Of a stretch of DNA of 64,000 bases, positions 1-10,385 are shown piece by piece (positions within the stretch are counted from its first letter, which is position 1; each line of letters opens with the position of its first letter). This DNA is from Escherichia phage vB_EcoS_I14. The stretch lies in sequence record PP892525.1; one strand, 5' to 3'. The notes under the pieces are model-generated. The model ran no database searches, was not told the DNA's origin, and saw only the letters and a program-made list of their open reading frames with translations. A program made the position numbers and the translations under genes.

Positions 1-34
1 ACCGTAAGACATAACGTTACTAAATTTTAGTGTC

Positions 35-1012
35 TTAATTGTAATCTTTGACATATTTCGCAGCTCTAGCCAAGATTCTATCAATGTCGCCTTGAGACAG
101 CTTCTCGACTTCACGGAAGTAAAGTTCAAGTTCACCTAACATATCAAGATCAACAAGATTTAACTTAGCGTCTTTAGTAACTCGATGGTTAATCTTCTTA
201 TCTAATAAATCAGAGTCTTTGATAGACTTTAATTGAACAACGTCACCAGTAACTTCATAGACTACACGATCATAATCACTAGGTTCCATCTCTTCACCGG
301 CTCCGATTGTTTTACGAATCAGTTGTGGTAAATCACCTAGTTCAATCCATTCTACTTTTAATGTGTCGGTATCGACGATAAAGCAACCATTTGTACCTTT
401 TGTGCGTTCTCTATGGAACGATGTAGTTAATGGAGACCCTGGGTAGAGAAGTCTAGTAGATCCGATAGTCTGGCTATTAGTATAAGAATGTAAATCTCCA
501 GCAATTACAGTATCATAACAGTTGTACTTAGTTAGATCAATTTCTGGTTTTACATGTGGAGGGATTTCACCACGAACATGCGTGAAACATAGTTTTGATT
601 CAGACGGTTTCCACTTAGACTTATGGATCTCATCATACGGAACAATATCAAATTCAGGGGAACGATATGGTTTGGTAATTACTTCCCACTTTCCACTAGT
701 TACTTTATTAATAACCCCCGCATAATGATACAGACATGAAATGGTTTTAGTTAACATTTCATGATTTCCAGTAAAGATTTTGCCTGGATGGTCGAGTCTT
801 GACATGAACTGTTCAAGCAGTTCTATTTCTTCTGACGACGGGTCGGCAACATCAAGTATATCACCACCAGCAATATGAAGATCACAGTTATGATTATGGA
901 ATATATCATTTAACCGTTCTCCTAGCATCAGGAAGCGACGCTTCTGCCATTCCTTTGGAACTTTATCTTGTCCTAGTTTGATATGATGATCAGCACTAAA
1001 TAATATTCTCAT
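35..1012 (-). CDS. SbcD/Mre11-like metallophosphoesterase nuclease (T5 D12-like)
   Basis: 325 aa; N-terminal DHH, GD and GNHE calcineurin-like motifs; sits downstream of the D10-like helicase and D11-like ORF as in T5. Confidence 0.8.
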   Translation of the reverse strand: MRILFSADHHIKLGQDKVPKEWQKRRFLMLGERLNDIFHNHNCDLHIAGGDILDVADPSSEEIELLEQFMSRLDHPGKIFTGNHEMLTKTISCLYHYAGVINKVTSGKWEVITKPYRSPEFDIVPYDEIHKSKWKPSESKLCFTHVRGEIPPHVKPEIDLTKYNCYDTVIAGDLHSYTNSQTIGSTRLLYPGSPLTTSFHRERTKGTNGCFIVDTDTLKVEWIELGDLPQLIRKTIGAGEEMEPSDYDRVVYEVTGDVVQLKSIKDSDLLDKKINHRVTKDAKLNLVDLDMLGELELYFREVEKLSQGDIDRILARAAKYVKDYN

Positions 1013-1017
1013 TGGTT

Positions 1018-1041
1018 AAAAAGAAAGGGGCCGAAGCCCCT
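1018..1041 (-). terminator. intrinsic terminator-like hairpin between D11-like and SbcD-like genes
   Basis: GGGGC-CGAA-GCCCC hairpin followed by a U-run on the minus strand; palindromic; no promoter after it, so likely partial. Confidence 0.55.
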
Positions 1042-1048
1042 CTATTTA

Positions 1049-1822
1049 TTAGTCGTCCAGATCGCTTGCAGCTTCTGTGTCAATACCTTTCTGGGAGCCT
1101 GCATTGCTATTACCAGATTTGGCATCATCATCTTTATTCTCGCGACCCTCCATGAAGGCTAGAATTGCTTCTCTCTGCTCTTCATAAGTAGGAACCGGAT
1201 AGGTTTGTTCCAGAGAAGGAACTTTTTCGAACTTAATGATGTCGCCATCTTCATCACACATAGCTTCACCGATCAGATCGACATCCGCAGCATATTGCTT
1301 AGATTCCGCACTGTTAGGATCTTGCAGCTTAATCTGGAACTGCATAGCAGCAATCTGCTGTACATCATACTCAGTATCGAAACCTTTACCTTTTTTCTCG
1401 ATAGAAATATCAATATCAAACGGAGTTGCCAGGCTCAGCTGCTTCATGATAGACTGGATGCCTTTCAGAATAGTGGCCTTAACTTCCATTACTTTCAGTT
1501 TGTTATCAGAACGGTCAATAACAAAAGCGATATAGTTTTTCTTCGGTTTCAGCGGAACACGATTACCATCTTTATCCAGCTCTTTCTCGAAGAAGCCCAT
1601 CTCATGAACTGGATCAGCTTTACCACGAACAAAACTCTCTTTGTCACGGTTAAAACGGAGACATTCGAAAGGAGCTACGTTACCCTCTTTATTAGTCAGC
1701 CAATAGACATAACGTGGAAGAACACCAGAAACGATACGAACACGAGTGATACCGTTGTTGAACTTCAGGAATTCGATTTTATCGTTAGAACCGCCAGTAG
1801 TTTCGCCCCAAGACTTAGCCAT
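1049..1822 (-). CDS. hypothetical protein with acidic C-terminal tail (T5 D11 position)
   Basis: 257 aa ORF ending in DTEAASDLDD; function not assignable from sequence. Confidence 0.55.
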   Translation of the reverse strand: MAKSWGETTGGSNDKIEFLKFNNGITRVRIVSGVLPRYVYWLTNKEGNVAPFECLRFNRDKESFVRGKADPVHEMGFFEKELDKDGNRVPLKPKKNYIAFVIDRSDNKLKVMEVKATILKGIQSIMKQLSLATPFDIDISIEKKGKGFDTEYDVQQIAAMQFQIKLQDPNSAESKQYAADVDLIGEAMCDEDGDIIKFEKVPSLEQTYPVPTYEEQREAILAFMEGRENKDDDAKSGNSNAGSQKGIDTEAASDLDD

Positions 1823-2099
1823 ATTTTATTTCCTCTTTAAAGATTAATTTTGATTTGTTAATTGCGATTAGTGGGTTAGTGTCGATTACTAAACGTGGTA
1901 TCCATACTGGAACATATTGCATGTCCAAACTAGGATCGTTTGTAAACTTGTATTCGGCATAATTTCGTAGACTTAAAATTCCTAGATATTCTGCCAGTTG
2001 TCTAATAGACAACTTATTTGGATTATCAACTATTGTTGATTCATTCAAAATGAATGAGGAACCGACCAATAATTGGTGAGCATCAGGCTCTGTAAGCAT
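1815..2099 (-). CDS. hypothetical protein
   Basis: 94 aa ORF downstream of promoter-like elements at 2207-2236. Confidence 0.35.
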   Translation of the reverse strand: MLTEPDAHQLLVGSSFILNESTIVDNPNKLSIRQLAEYLGILSLRNYAEYKFTNDPSLDMQYVPVWIPRLVIDTNPLIAINKSKLIFKEEIKYG

Positions 2100-2206
2100 T
2101 CTTTTGAAGAGCTTAATAATTAGGTCGGAATTTCCTCTAGCTAGTAAGTATAGCTTTTCATAATCGAAGAATTTAATTTTTGTTTTCTCCTCGAATTTAT
2201 GTATAT

Positions 2207-2236
2207 ATTATACTAGATTTCAAGAGAATTTAGCAA
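2207..2236 (-). promoter_or_regulatory. sigma70-type promoter (minus strand)
   Basis: Minus strand reads TTGCTA-18bp-TATAAT. Confidence 0.6.
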
Positions 2237-2307
2237 CTAAAATTTTTATTTTTCTGCTTCGGACTTTCTTATCAATCCGAAACTTTCTCTCTCAAATTTA
2301 TGTATAT

Positions 2308-2336
2308 ATTATACATCATTTATGAGCTGTTGCCAA
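2308..2336 (-). promoter_or_regulatory. sigma70-type promoter inside the 3' end of the D10-like helicase gene (minus strand)
   Basis: Minus strand reads TTGGCA-17bp-TATAAT. Confidence 0.55.
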
Positions 2337-3672
2337 ATGCAATTTTAGCTAATTGAACTGCTTTCTCCGGAGTCATGGTAATAGTTTTCCACCCGTTGTT
2401 ACGATATACTGACATACGTCCAGAAGCCTGTCTTAGTCCAGTGCCTCCTTTCATAATTAGATCTACAACAATAGGGTCGAGTTTACCTTCAACAATACGT
2501 TGAACACGACCTGCAAGCTGTTCAATGAGAGACTCATTATTAATAAGACTTCCCATTATTAAACAAGATAGCTCATTAAGGGAGATACCTTCAGAGAAGA
2601 TACTCTGAGCTGCTGCAAGTACACAAGGTCCACCTTTTGCTATATCTTCCTGGATTTTTAATCGGTCATCTAAGTGGGTTGCCCCTATAATTTCATATGT
2701 TGTAACACCACGCTGTGCAAGAGCTTCTAGTACTGTCTGGATTAACTCTGTTCTATCGCTTACAATGAGTACTTTATGCCCCATATTCACGTATAAATGT
2801 GCTAGATTTATAATAGTCTCTCGATATTCAGGATGATTATATACATCGTTAGCACGTAATGCCCATGGTACGTTTTGGTTCCCTGATAACTCAACAGGTA
2901 CGGAGTACCTATGGATTGTAGGTGCAACAGTATTATTAACCGGTGGGCTAAAGATCTTATATCCAAAGAAATCTTTGAACATAACTTGTAGACCATCTTT
3001 TCTTTTTAATGTACCAGATAGTCCAATCTTATAGCGAGCACATGATATTTCTAGGAAGTTAGTGAAAGTTGTAGCCACACAATGGTGAACTTCATCAACT
3101 ATAACAGTACCGAATACTTTAGAAAGATTATTCGCATGTTTATTCACTGTTTGAATATTACTGACCACAATTGGTGGATCAATATTGTATTTTCCAGAAC
3201 CTATGATACCTGGTTCAAACCCAAACCATCTACGAACTTCTGCCGCCCACATTTCACGAATAGATGTATTAGTACAAATTACCAAAGTTTTCTGGCCAAA
3301 TTTATATGCAAGTGCAAGGGCTAGGATAGTTTTACCAAATCCAGGCTTACCATTAATAATACAGGTATCATCGCACTCTTCATATATTGGGAGTTGGTCT
3401 TCTTCACGCAGCGTGAACTTAGGTTTTGGTATATCTACCGGAGCTAATGTACGTTTATCGACTAATTCGTATTTTACTCCTTTAGCATCTAGTAAATCCA
3501 GACGCGTGATAGGAATCCACTTAATCTCTTTGGCAACAACACCACTATTCTTATACATAATAGGGTATTTACTAGTCATTGTCTCTATGTGATAAGTGGT
3601 TTGCTTACTACAATAATCCCAAAGTTCATCATCGGGCTTGAAATAGGCTTTATTAGATATAACAACCTTCAT
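2320..3672 (-). CDS. SF2 DNA helicase (T5 D10-like)
   Basis: 450 aa; Walker A GKPGFGKT and DEVH box (IVDEVHH). Confidence 0.8.
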   Translation of the reverse strand: MKVVISNKAYFKPDDELWDYCSKQTTYHIETMTSKYPIMYKNSGVVAKEIKWIPITRLDLLDAKGVKYELVDKRTLAPVDIPKPKFTLREEDQLPIYEECDDTCIINGKPGFGKTILALALAYKFGQKTLVICTNTSIREMWAAEVRRWFGFEPGIIGSGKYNIDPPIVVSNIQTVNKHANNLSKVFGTVIVDEVHHCVATTFTNFLEISCARYKIGLSGTLKRKDGLQVMFKDFFGYKIFSPPVNNTVAPTIHRYSVPVELSGNQNVPWALRANDVYNHPEYRETIINLAHLYVNMGHKVLIVSDRTELIQTVLEALAQRGVTTYEIIGATHLDDRLKIQEDIAKGGPCVLAAAQSIFSEGISLNELSCLIMGSLINNESLIEQLAGRVQRIVEGKLDPIVVDLIMKGGTGLRQASGRMSVYRNNGWKTITMTPEKAVQLAKIAFGNSS

Positions 3673-4166
3673 AATTTTATTCTAAGTCTAGGAATTTCAG
3701 GCTCCTCTTGATGGACTTGGTAAATAACAGGGCTATTATTTACCAGAATATAGCTTATATAAGCTGGAACATAGGATAATACAAATGGATATGGAACTTT
3801 AGCTACATAGCATTGGTATTTTCCGTTATAAATTCTAGCTGAATGCAAAACTTTAGAGGTGACAACATCATAGAACGTAGTTTTCTTCCAGTTAATAAGA
3901 TTTCCATCAGAATCTATAAATTGGCTACGCTTTGACCCAACTAATTGAGACAACATTGATATTCTGCCTCTAATAGGGTAGAGCTTGTATGGTAATTCTT
4001 TCCGTTTCTCAAATAGAATAAGCCTACGTTGAGAAAACGTGCCAGGCAACTTCCTGTTATCTAGCACATATTTATTATATCTTGTTGTAATTACGGAATA
4101 ATCACCTTCTTGCTCAATTGATACAAACGCCCGTAAAGCATATACGGGCAATTTGAAATCAAGCAC
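3669..4166 (-). CDS. hypothetical protein
   Basis: 165 aa ORF, start overlaps polymerase stop. Confidence 0.5.
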   Translation of the reverse strand: MLDFKLPVYALRAFVSIEQEGDYSVITTRYNKYVLDNRKLPGTFSQRRLILFEKRKELPYKLYPIRGRISMLSQLVGSKRSQFIDSDGNLINWKKTTFYDVVTSKVLHSARIYNGKYQCYVAKVPYPFVLSYVPAYISYILVNNSPVIYQVHQEEPEIPRLRIKL

Positions 4167-6726
4167 CGAGAATCCTTCTCACGTTATCCAGATCTTTACA
4201 TACAGCAATAAACTTATCATCCTTGTATTTGCTGTGATCTGGATGCTCTTTATCCATTGCAGCTAGTTTCTTATACTCGAACTCTGCATCAAGTAATACA
4301 CCCTTGACATAACGAGTATATTCATCATCATCAATACAAGCGATTGATGGGTGCTGCTTCTTCATCTTACCACAAGAGTAGTCACGAGAACCTCCAGCTT
4401 CAGAATCAGAATCAATACCAATCGGACAACCAGGAATACTGATACCACGGTCTTTCTGAATATTACGAATCAGGATTTCATTGTATTGGTCGATCAAATC
4501 CTCACGAACAATAGCAACTACGGAGTCGTGAACCAGCATAACAATCTTCATCTCTTGTTCTAGGCCAAGAGAAATGATCTCATTATCTGCATCTACAGCA
4601 CCTAAAAGGAGGCTATCAGAAGAAGCAGACTGAATGATTGCGTTAAATCCAGAACGGATTTCTTCACCTTGAACACCACGGTCTTCGGAGTGGATATTAT
4701 GCAGACGACGTTTACGACCAAAGTGACTATAGATAAACCCATGATTCTTGATCTGATCATGGCACTTATCAATCCAACGCTTAAGCTGCGGGAACTGACC
4801 GAAGTATGTCTCAATGTACTCTTTAGCATCTGCAACCGTACACTCTACAAACGGTTCGCCTGTCTTAGCAGCCTGTTCCAGAAGAGCTTCGTTAACAGAA
4901 TGAGCTACTTTAGCCGGGCCGGAACCATACAGAATACCAAAGGTGATTGCTTTAGCTGCTTGACGCAGAGCTGGGAATAACTTTTTAACATCACGAGGTT
5001 CGCATTGAAGCTTAAATACCATGTGTGCGATGTTAGAGTGGAAGTCAGGGTATTTATCAGGCTCATTTCTCATGTTGATAAATACTTGTTGCATATTTCT
5101 ATCACCAGATAGAACAGCAGCATAATAAACTTCCGCAGTTGTTAAGTCCCATGCGATTACACGATACCCGGTAGGAGCTACTACACAACCCTTGATAATA
5201 GATTCATCACGAGGTAACTGTTGCAGGTTCAGTTTACCAGAAGAACTCAGACGACCAGAAGTGGTCATGTGTTCGTGGAAGCCAGTACGAATGCAACCAT
5301 CAGCATCAATACTCAGAAGAATCTTCTCAACATAAGTAGAGATCAGCTTAGTCAGCTTACGAATCTCTAGTAGAGTCTTAGCAATTGGATGCTGCGTAGA
5401 CAATTCGTTCAGAGCCTCTGCATCTGTAGAGTCTGCTCCAGTATCCGTCAATTTACCTGTTGGAGTTAACCCAACATAATCAAACAGAAGAACACGTAGC
5501 TGCTTAACAGAGTTTGGGTTAAACGCTTCGTTCTGGTCTTTCTCTAGCTGAACGACTTCTGGATAAGTATACAGCTTCTCACGAGCTTTATTCAGATTAT
5601 GAGTTAACTGGTACTGAGCTTCTTTTAAACGATCAATAGAAATAGGTACACCACGATCCTCAACACGCTGGAGAAATACACAACCAGGCATTAGAACATC
5701 ATAATACAGACTGCAAAGTTTTTCATTCTTCTCAATTTTTGGTAAGAAGAAGTTGTGCAAACGTATGGTGGCATCGGTATCTTTTGCAGCGTAAGGCCAC
5801 ATAATATCAAACGGAATTAAATCATAGGTGAAATCTTCTTTCTTGATTTTATGTGCTTTGCAGTAATCCTCCTTGAACTTATCTAGCTCAAAGTCATAGT
5901 CACCCATATCGGTATACTTCATTGCTAGAGATTTCAAGCCATGAGTACCACGACGCTCATCTAGAACATAATGCTGCAACATTGTATCATGGAGCCTGCG
6001 TTCTTTATGTGCTTTATCAAAAGTAAGTCCCAGATGGTACTTATAAAAGTGCATATCGAACTTCAAGTTGTGAAAAACAATAGTGTGGTTTTCACTATCC
6101 AGAATTTTCTGGAGATAATATACTGCAACCTCTGTGAGACAATCAGAATCGATATATACACCCTGATACTCTTGGTGAGACATAGAAACACCAAGCAGAT
6201 AACCATCTCGACAGTATAGTGCTGAGGTTTCGGAGTCGAATGCGACAGGTCCGATAACCATATTATACACCATCTTGATATATTCTTCCGCCTCGTCAGG
6301 GTCAGTAATAGGACGGTAATCACCAGCTTTTGCAATCTTCTCACGACCATTGATAATATCGTGGATATTCTCTACTGTTGCATCAAAAACTGGTTTCATT
6401 TCAGGCTTAAAGTGTAACTGGGCTGGGCTGATACTCGCAATCCAGTTAGCATATCCATTATACTCTACACGTTTACCAGTATAATCCCCAATGCCTTTCT
6501 TTCCTGCAAAGTATAGGAAAGGTTCAGCACCTACCAGTATAACAAAATCATAATCATTCGGGTCAAATGGGTTTTCTGGTGTTCCAATAGTAATATGCTT
6601 TTTAAGCAAACGACCAGATAACTTCTCGTTACACATATGGAATACATCAACTTCCTCGCCGTATAGCTGGAAATGTTTATCATAACGAGTGTTATTTAGA
6701 GCTTTATCAACTACTGCGATTTTCAA
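4159..6726 (-). CDS. DNA polymerase, family A, with 3'-5' exonuclease domain
   Basis: 855 aa; exo motif FDSETSALY; pol motifs DLTTAEVYYAAVLSGD, RQAAKAITFGILYGSG, LVHDSVV; apparent TTG start 7 nt after AGGAGA. Confidence 0.95.
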   Translation of the reverse strand: MKIAVVDKALNNTRYDKHFQLYGEEVDVFHMCNEKLSGRLLKKHITIGTPENPFDPNDYDFVILVGAEPFLYFAGKKGIGDYTGKRVEYNGYANWIASISPAQLHFKPEMKPVFDATVENIHDIINGREKIAKAGDYRPITDPDEAEEYIKMVYNMVIGPVAFDSETSALYCRDGYLLGVSMSHQEYQGVYIDSDCLTEVAVYYLQKILDSENHTIVFHNLKFDMHFYKYHLGLTFDKAHKERRLHDTMLQHYVLDERRGTHGLKSLAMKYTDMGDYDFELDKFKEDYCKAHKIKKEDFTYDLIPFDIMWPYAAKDTDATIRLHNFFLPKIEKNEKLCSLYYDVLMPGCVFLQRVEDRGVPISIDRLKEAQYQLTHNLNKAREKLYTYPEVVQLEKDQNEAFNPNSVKQLRVLLFDYVGLTPTGKLTDTGADSTDAEALNELSTQHPIAKTLLEIRKLTKLISTYVEKILLSIDADGCIRTGFHEHMTTSGRLSSSGKLNLQQLPRDESIIKGCVVAPTGYRVIAWDLTTAEVYYAAVLSGDRNMQQVFINMRNEPDKYPDFHSNIAHMVFKLQCEPRDVKKLFPALRQAAKAITFGILYGSGPAKVAHSVNEALLEQAAKTGEPFVECTVADAKEYIETYFGQFPQLKRWIDKCHDQIKNHGFIYSHFGRKRRLHNIHSEDRGVQGEEIRSGFNAIIQSASSDSLLLGAVDADNEIISLGLEQEMKIVMLVHDSVVAIVREDLIDQYNEILIRNIQKDRGISIPGCPIGIDSDSEAGGSRDYSCGKMKKQHPSIACIDDDEYTRYVKGVLLDAEFEYKKLAAMDKEHPDHSKYKDDKFIAVCKDLDNVRRILGA

Positions 6727-6787
6727 ATTTAATCTCCTCTTGGTAAGTAAGTATAACTTCAGTGTTTCTTCTCTAACTTACCAATAT

Positions 6788-6816
6788 ATTATATCAAAAT
6801 ATTGGGATAATAGCAA
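6788..6816 (-). promoter_or_regulatory. sigma70-type promoter upstream of DNA polymerase (minus strand)
   Basis: Minus strand reads TTGCTA-17bp-TATAAT. Confidence 0.65.
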
Positions 6817-6819
6817 ATA

Positions 6820-7149
6820 CTATTTATAGGTGTGTAGTAATTTACGCATTTCATTGCGCTGCTTTTCTAGCACTCGAAATTCTTCATCTATACACAGAAA
6901 AGCATCTAGCACTTTCATAGATTGCTCAGTATTTTCTACAACAGCCCAATCATATGTTAGGTACACCTCTTGACCTGTATCTTTTACTTTAAAGTAAATA
7001 TAAGATGCAGGCAATTTAGGATCACCAAATAAATGGAAATTCTTTCGTTTATTAATGGACTCCAGTGTTGTAAACCGCTCTAGTTTAACCTCTTTGTGTG
7101 TTATACTATCGTACACCGGAACATCCGCATAAATATATACATATTCCAT
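6820..7149 (-). CDS. hypothetical protein
   Basis: 109 aa ORF between primase and polymerase. Confidence 0.5.
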   Translation of the reverse strand: MEYVYIYADVPVYDSITHKEVKLERFTTLESINKRKNFHLFGDPKLPASYIYFKVKDTGQEVYLTYDWAVVENTEQSMKVLDAFLCIDEEFRVLEKQRNEMRKLLHTYK

Positions 7150-7175
7150 AGTAGCTCCTCAGTTATTTAGGACTA

Positions 7176-8066
7176 TTATACCAAATCTTTAAGCGACTCA
7201 GCAACTAAAATTTCAATACGTTTTGCTAACATATCAATTTCATCTTTGTTTAAATCACCCGGATCTTTGCCTTCTGGCAGAAGAAAGTTAGCAACTACAG
7301 GTGTTAAACGCGTTTTTGTACGAATTAGCTTGGCCAACGCTTGTGCAGCTTTGTTACCAGAAGCATCATTATCTAGTAAGATAACAACAACTTTTACACC
7401 AGCAATAATATAAGGACTGAACTTATCTGCAATGTTATCCGAAGTAAACTGATGTGTACCAAAGCAGCAAGAAGCATAGTCTATACCATTATCCTCTAGG
7501 TTAAGCATATCAAAGATACCTTCAACTAGAATAAGAACTGGAGTATTATATCGTACAGGGAAAATCGGTGGTGAAACTTGTTTTGGTTTTACTAAGTATT
7601 TAGGAGGGGCAGAACTGTTTATAGAACGACCCAAAAATAGGATATTGCGTCCAACAGCATCTGTGATTGGGAATACAATTCTGCCTTCCCAGTCTGCTTG
7701 GTGTTGGAAAGCAAAATATTTCTTCAAGGTTTTAGAACTTATACCTCGGAAATCACCTTCGAAAAGGTAAGCAGATTCAGGAATTGCAAGATTTGTAGAT
7801 CCATTCCTAATCTCTGAAATCTTTTTACGTACCTGCGATAGTCTTGGAGACTGTCGGTACTGAGTCTCGTTAAAATAATGGTAAATGCTCGGTATACCTT
7901 TACCGAAGCCACAACTCAAGCAGTGCATAATACCTGTTTCAGGATCAATACGCAAACTTGGGTGTTTATCGTCATGATCTGGATTGAGACAACAGATGAG
8001 GATGTCCCCACCTGTGTCTTTATATTCAATGCCTTTCAGATCAAGTAGTTCTGTTATTCTACTCAT
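7176..8066 (-). CDS. DNA primase (zinc finger + Toprim)
   Basis: 296 aa; CHC2-like zinc motif CLNPDHDDKHPS...HCLSCGFG; Toprim-like VVVILLDNDASGNKAA. Confidence 0.8.
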   Translation of the reverse strand: MSRITELLDLKGIEYKDTGGDILICCLNPDHDDKHPSLRIDPETGIMHCLSCGFGKGIPSIYHYFNETQYRQSPRLSQVRKKISEIRNGSTNLAIPESAYLFEGDFRGISSKTLKKYFAFQHQADWEGRIVFPITDAVGRNILFLGRSINSSAPPKYLVKPKQVSPPIFPVRYNTPVLILVEGIFDMLNLEDNGIDYASCCFGTHQFTSDNIADKFSPYIIAGVKVVVILLDNDASGNKAAQALAKLIRTKTRLTPVVANFLLPEGKDPGDLNKDEIDMLAKRIEILVAESLKDLV

Positions 8067-9535
8067 ATATCGCTGGCCTGTTCACCTGTTGAATTTTCAG
8101 TTTTGTCTTTCTTAGCACGTTTAGGTTGAGCCGGCTTATCCTTCTCAATAGGGATAACGAACTCAGCTTCCATTTGAGATATATCTTCCATTGCTAGGTT
8201 GGTAGTGTTATCCATTCGCAGAGTTTCCCAATTCATTTTAGGCATAAACTTCACGCTATCAGAAGAACGAGTCTTAACGAAGTCAAACATAATAGCACCT
8301 TGACCATTATCAGCTTTAGCAGCATTAAGATTAGCAGCCATGTCTGCGGAATCAAGAATCCCCTTTGACATACGTGTTCTACCATCTTGATCGATCTGGT
8401 AGGGAGCTACGCCAGCCACGTTATGTTTCTGGCAGATGGATTTGAAAGACGAGCTAACAACCATCTGTTCCTTCCAGTCATACATATCAATGGTTTTAGA
8501 ATCTGGAAGTCGGGTTTGGTTAATATAGTCCAGTAAAGCTACTGTAACTTTATCACCATATCTAGCAACTAATTTATTTAATTCTACGTCAACTGTTGTA
8601 ATGGACAGTTCAGGGTCATAAACGATAATCATAGGAGTATGTAGTTCATACCCTTCTATTAGCTTACTCTCCATATCGTAGAAATCACTCATCTTAGCCA
8701 TTGTATACTGTTTAACGAAGTTATCGAAAAGCTCTTCACCCCCGTTGAACATTCTAGCTCTAGTTCTGGCTAATCTCAATAGAGCTGCACCTTCTAGAGT
8801 ATTATTACGCATTGCTAGTGCTGATACCCCGGCTAACATGGCTAGATTACGTCTAAATACTTCATGTTCTTTCATCTCAATTGAGAAGTATGGAGCAATA
8901 TCTCCATTCAAATATTGCTGAACCTGTATGTTTGAACAGATAATGGATTTACCAGTACCACGCCAACCACCAAGCAGTAACGTTTCTGTGCGAGCTAAAC
9001 CAATTTGAGCGTCGAACTCATTACAAATACCAAGAGCGATTAAGTTCAGTTTGGTATCTTCTTCTCTCTGGAAAATACGCATGTTATCTGCGTTGAATAC
9101 TTTTCCAGTATTCGTTACTTTCTCTTCTAATTTTAAGTGAAGGGAGGCAACTCGGTTGAGAATTTCTCCCTGATCCAGCATTGTTAAATCTTGAAGCACG
9201 TCTGTTTCTAGAAGCTTCAGGAATAAATCCTGTGTATATTCAGCCTCTAGGACTTCAAGTGCCTGTTCCATGCTCACTTCTGGAATTTGAGTGTTAGCTA
9301 AGACGACTAGAGCTTGAGAAAGGCGGGCGTTCCTATTAGCTTCAAGCATAAGTGCGTCAATGGACGGCATTGTGTTATATTTTTTATAATAATTCTGGAC
9401 GGCTTGGTAAATTGAGGAGAAAGCGTCATTAAAATGATCTTTATGCAGTTTTGAGAATGTTTCCAATGCTATTTGCTTCTGTTCGGAAGCTAGAAGCATC
9501 TTTAACACTACAGCTTGCACGTTAAACAAGGTCAT
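8063..9535 (-). CDS. DnaB-like replicative helicase (RecA-fold ATPase)
   Basis: P-loop GGWRGTGKS; start chosen at ATG 9535 preceded by AAGGAG; the track ORF extends to 9586. Confidence 0.7.
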   Translation of the reverse strand: MTLFNVQAVVLKMLLASEQKQIALETFSKLHKDHFNDAFSSIYQAVQNYYKKYNTMPSIDALMLEANRNARLSQALVVLANTQIPEVSMEQALEVLEAEYTQDLFLKLLETDVLQDLTMLDQGEILNRVASLHLKLEEKVTNTGKVFNADNMRIFQREEDTKLNLIALGICNEFDAQIGLARTETLLLGGWRGTGKSIICSNIQVQQYLNGDIAPYFSIEMKEHEVFRRNLAMLAGVSALAMRNNTLEGAALLRLARTRARMFNGGEELFDNFVKQYTMAKMSDFYDMESKLIEGYELHTPMIIVYDPELSITTVDVELNKLVARYGDKVTVALLDYINQTRLPDSKTIDMYDWKEQMVVSSSFKSICQKHNVAGVAPYQIDQDGRTRMSKGILDSADMAANLNAAKADNGQGAIMFDFVKTRSSDSVKFMPKMNWETLRMDNTTNLAMEDISQMEAEFVIPIEKDKPAQPKRAKKDKTENSTGEQASDI

Positions 9536-9568
9536 TCTCCTTTGCACGCTTTCGTGCCTTCTAAATGC

Positions 9569-9598
9569 AAAAAGGGGAAGGAGCATAGCCCCCTCCCC
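9569..9598 (-). terminator. intrinsic terminator-like hairpin
   Basis: GC-rich hairpin followed by UUUUU on the minus strand, between the 255-aa gene and the helicase. Confidence 0.55.
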
Positions 9599-9617
9599 TT
9601 AGGTTTAATTTACCAGA

Positions 9618-10385
9618 TTATTCAGCAGCCGCAGCTTTTGCATCCAGTTTAGCACGCTTAGCGGCACCATCATAGTCCTTAGCAACCAGACCACGACGAG
9701 ACAGCATAGATTTAACACCGCGCTCAGACTTACCAGTTTTCTCAGCGATCTCAGCAACAGTCATGTTAACCAGATCCAGACCTTCTAACAAATCTTCACG
9801 AGTTTTAGCACTTGAAGTTTCCTGTACCGGCATAGCAGCGATACGACCTTCACGAAGCAGGCTCAGAGCTTTACCACGGATCTGCTTGATATTACGACCG
9901 AAGTGAGCAGCAATAGCTTCAATAGTAGCACCAGCAACAACCTGATTAACAAAATCAGTTTCTTCATCCGGAGTGAAGGAACGAACAGCGGCAGCTTTTT
10001 CAGTTGGTTTAACAGAAGCGGTCATTTCCAGACTCAGGATCTTACCCTGTACCTGCTTAGCACCGAACTGACCACCAGCTACAGCAGCAGCGATTTCAGC
10101 ATAGGTATACTGACCAGCATGAGCGTTCAGGAAATCAACCAGTTCAGCTTCCTGCTCGGGAGTCCACGGGGATTTCTGTACTTCGTTAGCTTTCTGTACT
10201 TCAAAACCTTCTTTACGCAGTTTAGAGCCAACAGAGCGAGCAGTAACATCTTTGCCAGTTTCAGCAGCCAGTTCAGCAGCGATAGCAGCTACTTGTTCTT
10301 GAGAGATTACAGCAACACCCAGAGCAGTGGCTTTTGCTTTCAGAGACTCGGTTACACCTTCTACGTTCCAGTTCAGTTTAGACAT
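9618..10385 (-). CDS. Ala-rich protein with four tandem HTH-like repeats, putative DNA-binding (possibly T5 D5-like)
   Basis: 255 aa; four repeats of the pattern (S/T)xxEIAxxxGxxxxxxxxKxxxLxxxG. Confidence 0.5.
   Translation of the reverse strand: MSKLNWNVEGVTESLKAKATALGVAVISQEQVAAIAAELAAETGKDVTARSVGSKLRKEGFEVQKANEVQKSPWTPEQEAELVDFLNAHAGQYTYAEIAAAVAGGQFGAKQVQGKILSLEMTASVKPTEKAAAVRSFTPDEETDFVNQVVAGATIEAIAAHFGRNIKQIRGKALSLLREGRIAAMPVQETSSAKTREDLLEGLDLVNMTVAEIAEKTGKSERGVKSMLSRRGLVAKDYDGAAKRAKLDAKAAAAE

Noticed and set aside
1205-1840. Plus-strand 211-aa ORF and similar antisense ORFs inside minus-strand genes
   Set aside because: They lie wholly inside well-supported genes on the opposite strand (D11-like, polymerase, helicase and others), have low-complexity composition and no expression signals. 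The same reasoning applies to minus-strand track ORFs inside plus-strand genes such as 33056-33643 and 36989-37369.
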